The translations under genes were made by a program, and so were the position numbers. From assembly GCA_016748015.1 (NCBI GenBank), contig JAAOMT010000445.1:372001-436000 (forward strand): DNA of 64,000 nucleotides, in the 5' to 3' direction. This document shows, piece by piece, positions 38,652 through 49,472 of this stretch (within the stretch, counting starts at the first letter, position 1; each line of letters begins with the position of its first letter). Below the pieces are notes generated by a model that was given only the letters and a program-made list of their open reading frames with translations, was not told the origin of the DNA and did not search any database. Source of the DNA: Geosiphon pyriformis uo1 (lineage: Eukaryota > Fungi > Glomeromycota).

Positions 38652-39353
38652 TATTATAAATTAGAATAACAAGCTAATGAATAGCAAGAGAGAACAGTAT
38701 TGTAGGAATTAAAGAGGTTTTAATTTCAATAAGCAAATTAAATAAGTATGAATTCAATGTGTAAGATAAGTCTTATAAAATATTTCAGTTGCTATACTTT
38801 TCAAAAATAACTGGGGAATCTGAAAGTAGAAAAATAGTCCATATTGTCAACAAATAATCACACTTGATATAATTCTATGCCTCACATTAGTGCTTTTAGA
38901 ATTCAATATTAAGTATTAGATGTGCTCTTTAATCACGTTTATTCAATAATTTTCAAATGCTATACTTATACATTTTAGGAAAAGATAGAAAAATACCAAC
39001 AAGTGATCTTTTATCCCAAAATGTTTGAATACTTGAAGGTAGGAAAAGAGAAATTAGCGATAAAAGAATGATTGAAATAAAAGTTGTTATTTTATTTATT
39101 TTTTTTCTTTTGATTCTTATATTGATTCTTATATGCTTTTTTACAGCTAAAAAATTTATTGCTTATATAGCTATCAAAAGTGGTTAATGATTAAGTCAAT
39201 GACTAGGTCAATAATCAAGTCAATAATCAGATTAATAATCAGGTCAACAGTCAGGTCAATAATCACTTTCTAAAAATAGAGTGGCTAATTTATATGACAT
39301 CAGTGGCTAATACATGTGAGAATTAATAAAAAGTATAAGTTTTAACCATAACA
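38652..39353 (-). repeat. 3' LTR of element D
   Basis: Direct repeat of 45638-46387; adjacent PPT (reverse complement AGAAAGGATGA). Confidence 0.9.
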
Positions 39354-39362
39354 TCATCCTTT

Positions 39363-39979
39363 CTAAAGAAATTGAGCTCCAGCAAAATCAAGCTATTCAT
39401 GGAGTAATCTATTTAAAGAGTTTTATCTAACTTAAAGCTAACTAGTTTGTTGAAGTTTTTTGTAGATAAAGTGTATAGAACTTGAGGCAAAATGAGCTTT
39501 GTATCCAAGAAACCAAATCTTTGTATAAGAATTTTGGTTCTTCTTACAATGATTAAAACTCTTGAAACATCTAATTATATAATGCCCAAAATTTCTATTT
39601 GTATCTCAAAAATTGTTTTCTTCATGAGCTTCATGTCTTCTATGATTTCACCAAGGCAACTATAGAGTTTTAGTTGTCTTTTATATGACAAGTTTTTGTC
39701 TATAGGCAAGATTTCCTTAATTGTTTTTCCAATTGTAATGGAAAGTACAAGTATTGCTGTTGTTATGCTTTCTAGTAGATACTTATCTATTTTGTTACCA
39801 ATTTTTTCTCTTTTGGTAGTGGTTTTCTTGGGTCTAATAACAATATGTGTTTCACTATTATCAATTATGGTAGTCTGTTTTCTAATGGTTAGAGTAACAT
39901 TTGGATAATTTTTGATCTAATACTTATGGAGAGTATAGAAGACATTTTGAATGTTTTGATCCAGAAAATAATTGTTCAT
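39363..39979 (-). pseudogene. Accessory ORF of element D (frameshifted)
   Basis: MNNYFLDQ...LYSCLGEII...IVRRTKILIQRF...LSTKNFNKL...LDFAGAQFL* ending at the PPT. Confidence 0.7.
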
Positions 39980-40046
39980 GTTGATTAAAGATACCTCTGT
40001 TTTGGAAATAGTGCATTTATTTATACTTAATTTTTGCTGATTATTT

Positions 40047-41326
40047 AAGTTAATATTATTACAACAGGCAACCAATCAGGTTATTTATGGTATTTCTTAA
40101 GTCATGTACCATAAACAGAATAATTATTAAAGATTGTTCTGGATTGATCTTAAAGAATATAAAAACCATTGTTCAAAATTTTGTTGACTATAAAGGGTCC
40201 TTTTCACTGGTTAGAGAATTTATTACTATAGACATTGTCTCTGTTTAAACAGTATTCTAATACCAAATTACCAACACTTAAAGAAAATGTTTTATAGATT
40301 TTCTTTTTCTTAAGCTTTTCTTAGAACTGTTTTATTTTTTTAAAAGCAATTATTTATGCTTCTACTAAGGAGTCAAGAATGGTACCAAGTCTTTTTTGCA
40401 AAATGTCTTTGTAATTTTCTATTGTAATCTCTTCAAAGGGTATTGTCTTAATGTCAATTTCTATTGGTAATATTGTTATGCATCTATAGAGCAGATAAAA
40501 AGGTTCATAACTTGTTATGTCATAATTTACAGTTTTATAAGCAAACAAGACTGAAGGCAGTACTTTGTTTCATAAGTTTGTTTCTTCACTGGTTTTGGCT
40601 AAGGTTTCACATAATGTTCTACTAGGCTATTTGTTTAGGGGTAATAAGGAGAGAAAAATTTATGACATATTTCCATTTTTCTACAAAGTTCTTCAACCAG
40701 TGTACTGAGAAAAGCTCTTCTTTTATCAAATAAAAATTTTTTGAGACAGCCATAATGGCAGATAATATTTTCATAAATGAAATTGGCTATTAAGATTGCT
40801 GTTTGGTCTGAAGTGGCTTTTGCTTCTACCCACTTTGTAAGATAGTCAGTAGTTGTAATAATGTATTTGTTGCCATTAGGAGTTATTGTTAAAAATCCAA
40901 CAACATCTATACTAATTCTGTCAAATAGTTGACCAACAAAGATTGAATAGATATCTTTTTTATAATTGGGTTTGTCTCTTCTTTGGCAGATGTCACAGGT
41001 TTTGATGTATTCAGCAATGTTTTTTCTTAAGGTAGACTAATAATATCAAGCTAAAGTTTTCTGAATTGTTTTTGTTTTTCCAAAGTGTTTAGCTAATGAG
41101 TTAGTATACATATTGTATATTACAATTTCTCTTTCTTTAAATTTGATGACTCTCTGAAGCAGTCAGAATCTTTTCTATTTCTTTTATATAATTGGTTTTG
41201 GCAAATTAAATAGAAATTTAATTGTTTGCACAAATGTTCTCTTTGTTGTTGAGTGTATTCTGGTGGATATTGTCCTTTACCCAAAAATTCCATTAAGGCA
41301 GAGTAGTTGTTTAAGTCTATTATCAT
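40047..41326 (-). pseudogene. Stand-alone integrase of element D
   Basis: ATG 41326 (MIIDLNNY); CDICQ, DYLTKWVEA, KGPF, WLPVVII. Confidence 0.85.
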
Positions 41327-41387
41327 GTTTATTTGTAAAAAAGTTACTAATAATTAAGTTGGTTTGGTTTGAGAGATTGTACTATTA

Positions 41388-44300
41388 CTAAATAGTAAGT
41401 CTAGAAAAAGTGTCAGTGTTTTGATGATTTGCTTCTTTGCAGTGTTGAATATTATAGTCGAATTCATCCAAGTAGAGTATCCAGCAAGTTATTCATTTGT
41501 GTTCTAGTTTCTTTTTATTGTGTAGCCAAACCAAGGCTTGATGATCTGTTACCAATAAGAATTTTGCACCAAGAAGATATTGATCTCAGTAATTAGTAGT
41601 CCAAACTACTGCTAAACATTCTTGTTCAGTAACTGAATAATTCTTTTCTGCTGGTATAAGAGATCTACTGGCATATACTATGGCATGTTTTCTGCTATTT
41701 TCATTTTTCTGTAAAAGAACAGCACCAAGTTCATAGCCAGATGTATCAGTGTGGAGGATGAAAGGTTGGTTCAGATCAGGTTGCTTAAGAATTGGTTTAG
41801 TAACAAGTTTTTCCTTTAGAATTTCAAAAATTTTTTGTTGATAAATGCCCCAGTAATAATTGATATTTTTTCTGAATAGCTGATTAAAAAGAAAGGTAAT
41901 TTTGGAGAAATTTTTGATAAATTTGTGATAATAAGAGGCCAAACCAAGGAAAAAGCATAGTTCAGAAACATTCATTAGTTGTTTAATGTTCTGAACTTTT
42001 TTAACTTTAGCTGGGTCAGGGAAGATTCCATTTTTTATAATAAGATGACCAAAAAACTAGGTGGATTGGCATTCAAAAAAAGATTTGATTGGGTTGATTT
42101 TAAGGCCAGCATTTCTGAGCAGATCAAAAACTTTTTGCAAGTGTTCAAGATGTTTATTCTAGGTTTTTGAGTAAACCATTATGTTATCTAAGTAGACCAG
42201 AACTAAAGTTTTTTTTTACTGATTCAAACACTTTGTCCATTAGGCATTGAAAGATAGGAAGGGCATTGGTAAGACCAAAAGACATGACTGTGAATTTATA
42301 AGTGCCATAATTGGTAATAAAAGCAGTTTTCTTTCTGCTTTCTGGATTCATTTTTACTTGCCAGAATCTAGCAGTTAAGTCAATAGTTGAGAAGAAAGCA
42401 GCACTATTAAATTTGTCTAATATTGCATCAATTTTAGAGAGTAGGTATATGTCTCTTATAGTGATGGCATTTAGTTGGCAATAGTTAACACAGAAGCATA
42501 AGGTTCTATCTTTTTTGGATATCAGTACAACTGGGAAAGCCCATTTATTCTTGGTTTCTTGTATGAATCCAAGATTTTTCATCTGGTTTATCTCTTTCTT
42601 GATAAATTCATCATTGTATTAATTGGATTAATAAGACTTCAAATAGATGAAATGAGTTTCTTTTATGGTGATGGTATGTTGTATTACATGGGTTTGTCCA
42701 GAGACATTACTTTTTTTTGAAATAACTAGGTTATTTCTAGCCAACAGATTTTCAATGTCCACTTTTTTTCCTTTAAAGGAAGATTTTCTTTGTTCTACAA
42801 CTAATAATTAGATTTCAGGTAGTTTACTCTCAAAGAACTTCTGTATTTCTTTTAGTTTTTCTCTGGGTATCAAACTAATTGGTTTCCAATCTTTGTAATA
42901 GATCAGGCAGGACTTGTATTCATCACTAGAAGAATACAAAAGTTTATTGCACCAGTATCTGGCACAAAGGCCATGCTACCAATAACTGTATTTGGTTTTT
43001 TTGTCAGGCTTTCTATCAAAAGTTCTTCTGAGAATATCATAGTGGGCCAGCAGATCAGCTTGCCATTTACCATGATTTCTTCTTTGTCAGCTTTAATATT
43101 GTTTAGTGGCTTGCTATTACTGGTGAAGATAGTATAGACAAATTCAGCAGTTTCTTTTTGTTCTTCTTGATTTTTTTCTTTATCACTTTCATTATCATTT
43201 GATTTATCTGATTGTTCTTCTTTTTGGTTCTGTTTGGATACTGGAGAGGTTGTCCAATAGTGGCACTTAATCACAATAAGTTTCTTATCACATCTGATGG
43301 TTAGTTCACAAAGTTCATAATTAAGCAAGACTTTTGCTTTCTTGAGCCATTTATTGCCAACTATTATGGTGTATTTTTTTGCTTCAGATACTTCCATGTC
43401 AATTTCAATGCTAATGTTATTGATTCAGACAAGAATAGCTTTGGCTATATTCAGACTTTTTTTTATGTTATCATGTATTTTAGTCATTGGTTTTGTGGAT
43501 AGTTTATCAATTTTTCTGCGAATTGCTTCTAAAAAGTGTTTGGCAATAACACTAACAGATAATCTACTGTTCAAGATCAGATCAATGAAGTAACCAGCCA
43601 CTTGGGCTTTACAAATGAAAGGGGTAACATTGCTGTTATTAGCAAATCCAGCTTGGCATAGGTGTTTGTTAGTTTTTGGTGTCTTTTTCTTAGGAATCAA
43701 AGATTTGCAAAGGTTTTTTCTGAATTGGAAATAGGTCATTAACTGGCCAAAAGTAATGTGAGCAGATGTTTCCATGAGATTTTTGACAACAGAATAAAGA
43801 CCAGATTTTTGTACTATTTCTGGAGATTCTAACTTTGAAGAATTTTTGAAAACTTTGGCCTTTGGTGGCTTATTGTTATCAGCAGTTGATATAAAGACTT
43901 TCTTTAGATCTATAACGAAATCAATCTTGGTTTTCTTCTTCTTTCTTGTTAATTCAGAAATGTTAATTGCTAATTCATCCATGTTATGGTTATTATCAGT
44001 TAAATTAAAAGCATAAAAGGGGTTTTTTTCTGGTTGGCTTGCACTCTTACCCTTTGGAGATGTGCCTACCAGTTTAAAGACTAATAAATAGTGGCTTTAA
44101 CTAAGGAATTCTTTCCAAAAAAATTGATGTTGGCATGATTGGGTCTTTGGTTGAAAACATTGTTGTTTTAATTGTTATTGTTTCTAAGAACTGGAGGAGG
44201 TAAAGGAGGATTGTTGCAATTTTTGGAGAAATGTCTAGTTAATCCACAGTGATAACATACAAATAGGCCACAATTTTGTTGTCTTTGATAAGGGGGTTGC

Positions 44301-45570
44301 TGGAGTTAATTAAAACAGGGTTCAAATCTAAGTCTTTGGAGTTGTTGATTCTCTTTGACTGCTTGGGCTAAGGGTTTCAGTAACTGGACAAGATTAGCTG
44401 TGAGTCTATCTATTAACTGTTCATTTGGATCTTAAGTTTGAGCAGCAAAAGAGATAGCAGCCATTTGGGGAGCAGGAGCAAAAACTGAAAGTGTGGATTC
44501 CAAGTGCATCCTTTGGTTGTCTTCAATTTATTGGGCAAGTTCAATGGCCATGTCCATTGTGAGATTGTTTTTTAGGACCAGAAGAGGCCAAAAAGCATAG
44601 GACAGGTCTGTTCTCAATTTTTTTGTAAAGAAATAAATCTTTTGTTTTTCTGTTCAGTTTTTTCCAGAGTTTACTTTTTTAATTAACTTCCTGATGGCTT
44701 TGGCATATTCAATTACCACTTCACCAGGACTTTGGGTTCTTTTTTCTAGTTCCATGTGCTATTTAGATATCAAGATAGAAGTTCTAAATTTCATTTCAAA
44801 CTGGATAGTAAAAGAGGTGTTACCTTCTTTAGCATTTGCTGGTGCCCATTTAATAATTCTTTGCTAAGTATTGGCATTGGTTTCTTGTGAGAACCAAGTA
44901 GCAGAAGAGCTTTGAAAGTAGCCACCAACAATTTAAAACTTATATTCATTATCATATTGGTTGGTCATGATCACTCTTTCAAAGTCATCTAACTATTCAA
45001 TTAGATTTTGTGCATCATCTCTAAACAAAAGTAATAGAGTATTGTTTCTTCTTCCCAAAGCAGTTTGTATGCCTTGGAGGGCAATCAAAATGTTCTGTTT
45101 TATAGGATCATTAGCCATTGGTTTAGAAGTTACTGTTGAGTAGAATGATCTAATTTACTTGAAAAGAGATTAAAAACAAGAGCAGTTTGGTAGCTTTCTT
45201 CTTCTGTTTTAAAAGGAGTTTTAGTTAATTGATGGGCAGTAATCCAAGTATGAATTTGATGATTCAGATATTCGAAATCAGAGGACTGTTGTTCAAAGGT
45301 TGTGGAATATAAAAGCTAATTGATACTGTTGTTTTTTTCTTCAAAGTTGTTTTTAAAATAAGCTTGATCAAAGTAATAAGTTGTATAAGCTGTGTAGGTT
45401 TCAGCTAAATGCTCATTTAGAAACCAGTTCTAAAAGTTTTAAAATTGTCTGCTGGATTGTTCTTTAATGGGAAAGCAAATCAAGCAGAAGATCAAAAAAT
45501 CGAGTTCAATAAAATCTAAATTGTTTTTGTTATGTGCTTCAAAGTATTTTTCTGATTGTTATGGCAGATA
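41388..45570 (-). pseudogene. gag-pol (Gag, protease, RT, RNase H) of element D
   Basis: Minus-strand ORF fragments with first bases at 43982, 43397, 42582 and 41975; ends NTDTFSRLTI followed by TAG TAA TAG. Confidence 0.9.
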
Positions 45571-45637
45571 TAAATAATTACCCATATAATAAAAAACAAA
45601 GTGGATTTTGACAACCTTACAAAAAGCACTACTTTTA

Positions 45638-46387
45638 TGTTACAGATTGAAGTAACAAGTTAATAAATAGCAAGAGAAAACAGTATTGTAGAGTGATGAA
45701 AGGAATCAAAGAGGTTTCAACTTTAATAAGTGAATTGAATAAGTATGGATTTAATGTGCAAGATCAGTCTCATAAAATATCTTAGTTACTATATTTTTCA
45801 AAGATAACTGAAAAATCTAAAGGTAGAGGAATAGTCTGTACTGTCAACAAATAATTACACTTGGTATAATTCTATGCCTCATGTCAGCACTCTTAGAATT
45901 TAATATTAAGTATTAAATATGCTCTACAGTCACATTTTATTCAATAATCTTTAAATACTACACTTATATATTTCAGAAAAGGGTAAAAAAATACCAACAA
46001 GTAATCTTTTATTCCAAGATATTTAGATACTTGAAAGTAGGAAAAAGAAAATTAGCAATAAAAGAATGATTGAGATGAAAGTTGTTATTTTATTTATTTT
46101 CTTTCTTTTAATTCTTACATTGATTCTTACATGCTTTTCTACAGTTAAGAGATTTATTGCTTATATAGCTATTAAAAGTGGTCAATAATCAAGTCAATGA
46201 CTAGGTTAATAATCAAGTCAATAATCAAATCAATGATTAGGTCATTAATCAAGTCAATGATTAGATCAATGATCAGGTCAATAGTCAGGTCAATGATTAC
46301 TTTCTAAAAATAGAGTGGCTAATTTATATAAAATTAGTGGCTAATATATGTGAGAATTAATAAAAAGTATAAGTTTCAATCATAACA
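45638..46387 (-). repeat. 5' LTR of element D
   Basis: TGTTAC...ATAACA; 12-bp U3 repeats GGTCAATGATCA 46180-46298. Confidence 0.9.
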
Positions 46388-46681
46388 ATATTCATTTAAT
46401 AAGCTATCTTTAAGTTTTTTTATCCTTGTTCTTGGGTTTTTTATTAGACTATTCTTGACATTAAATACTTAGTACTTAATCTTTTTAATTAATTAGTAAA
46501 TAACAAAGAAATAAAACAAAAAAAAACAAAAAAAAATAACAAATTAGTATTTTGTCAATAGCTATAATCAAAAACTATTGATTTAGTATGATTAAATATC
46601 AGATTTTATTAACATAGAATATTGATAATAGGAAAAGTGATTAATATTTTTAATTAAATAACAATAATATGAATTAGATAA

Positions 46682-47497
46682 TGTTATGGGAGTGTTTTTT
46701 TGGTATATTTTAATTGTTGATATCCTGTTTTAATTACAATCAGTCTCTCATAAGTTTCTCTATTTTATGTGTTAAATATTAGTGATAATGTACTGAAGAT
46801 TTTTTTTTGATGTTGTGATGTAAGTCTTCTCTTTAATTCTAGTTGTCTTTGTATGTTGTGTATTCTTTTCCAAAGGCTAATCTGAAATCTACCCACTGTC
46901 TGGAGTTTTCTCTGAGGCTATTCTTGCAATTGCCTGATGTGTTTCTCTAATCTAGAAACACAGAATGTTAATGGTCTTTTTGCAATTTTTCTAAGTATAT
47001 AATAAAGCTTTTTCAATTTAATTAGTAATCATGTGAATAATTTTGATCAAATATTATTCTTCCAAAGAGTTCAAAGATGGAATAATAGTTTCATTTGCTA
47101 GAGAAGATATGTGAATTCTATTGTTAATTTCGTAATTGTGATGTTCATTCAATTTATTATTTTTATTAATTCTTTTTGAATAAGATTTTATTTAGATATT
47201 TGTTGCTTTGAGTTGAAGCTGTTTTTTTCTTCATTATTAAAAACTATTGTATATATATATAATTATTGTTTTACAAAATAATGTCTTGTAATATTCTATT
47301 TCTGTTATTTCTAAATAGTGTTTGCTGCTATTGTGAAATAGTGCTTGCTGCTTTTGCATGATAGTGCTTACTACTATTGTAAAATAGTGCTTGCTGTTAT
47401 TTGTAAATCATTTCTTTTTATAAATTGTTGCTGTGCTATTTTATGATTGGCTAATTTATATTATTTATAATTCTTATTAAATTCTTGAACTGTAACA
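46682..47497 (-). mobile_element. Solo LTR family F
   Basis: TGTTAT...GTAACA; TSD ATAA (46678-46681 / 47498-47501); 23-bp repeats 47316-47398; homologous to 11603-12297. Confidence 0.9.
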
Positions 47498-48581
47498 ATA
47501 ATAATTAAATATTTTATTAATATTAATGTAATTTTACTTTAAGTTATAAAAAACTATTTTTTAAAGAAAAAATAGGAATAAGTAGTTATTTTTAGCTCTT
47601 TTTTTGTCTGTATCAAATATTTTTTCTACTTTTAACATTTTTGCTATATATACATAATTTGTATTATATAAGATTCTTTAAAATTTTTCAATTTTTTTAA
47701 CAAAAATTTTGGAATTTTGGAATTTTGGAATCCTGTAATTTCTCAAGAAAAATTCTGGAATTCTTCTTTTTATTATGTCTATTTCTGATTGGCTATTTTA
47801 TCTACTATTATAATTTTTACTTTCTATAAGTAACAGTGGCTGAATGTTCTTTATTATTATTTTTAGTATTGCATATTTTCTTTTTTGGAATATTAAATAT
47901 TGGTATTTATACAGTTTTATGCAAAAATTTTGTTTTTAGAAATTAGATAAATAAGATAGTTATATTTTTTAGTGATAGAAAAAGAGCTGTTTTAATGATG
48001 ATTGATTTTGCTTAATGTTTGATTAAAAAACATTAGAGTGAGTTATGGTTATTTAGAGTGAAATTCAAAGTAGATATAGAAAAAAATAGTCTAGTTAATA
48101 ACATAAGAGTGGTTTTTGCTCTTTCTAATTATGTGTCTGATTGTTTGTTAATAAGTATTATTTGTCTTTTTAATATTAAGAAGTTATTTACTGTGAGTTT
48201 TGGTTTGTAAAAAACTTGTTTATTTTTTTTAGATATTTGTAATAGTATAAAAATATATATAGATATATAGTATAGTCTTAATTGGTCTAAGTAACTGATT
48301 ATATATAGTAAGAATATAAATTGTATTTGATTAAATTCACTTAGTTTGTTTCTGTATATTAAATAGTAATTGGGCCATATTTGTAAAATAATAATAATAA
48401 TAATAATAAATTAGTAGTCTTATAAAAATTTCTCAAATTAGACAATATATAAATATATTATTGCAAAAATAATTAATAAAATTAATATATAAATTAATAA
48501 AATTAAAATAATAACAAAAAATATCAATATTAAAAAATTTAAAATTAATAATAAATTTATATTAACTAAGATAATTAATAG

Positions 48582-49410
48582 TATTACTTATAGAATATAG
48601 GAAGTATATTAGCATATAAATTAGCCAATTAAAAGTAACCATAGTAAATGTAGAATTTTAGGATTCTTCTCAAAGGAATTGCAAGATTCCAGGAATTTCA
48701 GGATTCTCATATAAGGAATTGCAGGATTCCAGGAATTTCAAGATTCCTGGTGTAAAGAATTAAAGAATTGAGGAATCTCAATTATGTATATATAGCAGTA
48801 GCATTAGAAGTAGAAAAGACAGACCTCTCAGTTTAGATTTAATTTAAACACCCTTTTATTCACAACTATTAATAAATAATTATTCACTATTATAATCTAC
48901 TCTTCACTATCAATACTTCATGTTGATAGCAATTAATACTTAACTATACTAGAACAATAGCTCTTGATCATGACTATTGACAGGATACTAATATTCATTG
49001 TCTTGGCTTATTTTTTTATTTTTTTTTATTTTTTTATTTTTATTTTGCTTTGTTATTTTGTTGTTGACCAAATTAATTAAAAAGAGTAAAAACACTGAGT
49101 TATTGACATCAAGAATAAGCCTGGTAAAAAACTCCAAAGGAAAAATATAGTATTGAAAATTTCAGGATAGCTTACCAGAAGGACATCTTTGCCAGATTAC
49201 TGGCCATTATGCTAAGAAAAAAATTTGATGAAATTGTAATTCTAGGAGGCTATTGAGAAGACAACAAGTGAATCTCTGTCCATTATACAAAGAACTTCAT
49301 TAAAACATTCAGATTACAGAAATCTTTGGAAACCAATATTTTTACATCAATTGAATACCAAGTTATAGATTTGTTATTTGCTTTGAAATCCCAAATAATT
49401 ATCAGTAACA
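48582..49410 (+). repeat. 5' LTR of element E
   Basis: Direct repeat of 58701-59569; U3 GAATTGCAGGATTCCAG-type repeats. Confidence 0.93.
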
Positions 49411-49412
49411 TT

Positions 49413-49429
49413 TGGTGCTTCTTGTGAAG
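49413..49429 (+). other. Primer binding site of element E
   Basis: TGGTGCTTCTTGTGAAG, 2 nt after the LTR end; TGG complements the tRNA CCA end. Confidence 0.75.
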
Positions 49430-49472
49430 TATAATCCTACAAAGAACCAGCATCAACAACAATTATCCAAAA

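Larger units (their letters stand above)
38652..46387 (-). mobile_element. Ty3/Gypsy element D, full length, no dUTPase
   Basis: LTRs 45638-46387 (5') and 38652-39353 (3'); TSD ATAT (38648-38651 / 46388-46391); PBS 45631-45615. Gag core ATG 45118, CCHC ~44260-44215, protease (DLILNSR), RT (IDLTARFWQV), RNase H (HTDTSG) to stop 41388, integrase 41326-40047, accessory ORF 39979-39363. Confidence 0.93.
38446..47835 (-). mobile_element. Solo LTR (E-like, 'G') in LINE ORF2, split by element D and solo LTR F into pieces 38446-38651, 46388-46681 and 47498-47835
   Basis: The pieces join into the reverse complement of an A/E-type LTR ending GTAACA at 47835; flanks are ATAA / GTGG (mutated TSD). Confidence 0.82.
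22330..48409 (+). mobile_element. Full-length decayed LINE (ORF1; ORF2 APE-RT-RNaseH-CCHC) split by nested insertions; LINE segments ~22330-23309, 24209-26927, 36797-38445, 47836-48409
   Basis: ORF1 ~22421-25214 (IK(M)Q|LIGLWQKAL joins across the solo LTR). ORF2 starts 25211 (KIA.CNV..IN, APE; IDYVFV). RNase H IY.D.SL ~37590; VWHPD and CLIC..DHV ~38190-38375; stop 48268-48270; 3' UTR and (TAA)n tail 48388-48409. The 5' boundary is approximate. Confidence 0.85.

Noticed and set aside
39696-39908. Hydrophobic 70-aa plus-strand ORF and other short antisense ORFs over the elements
   Set aside because: Antisense shadows of A-rich coding strands; not conserved as ORFs between families.
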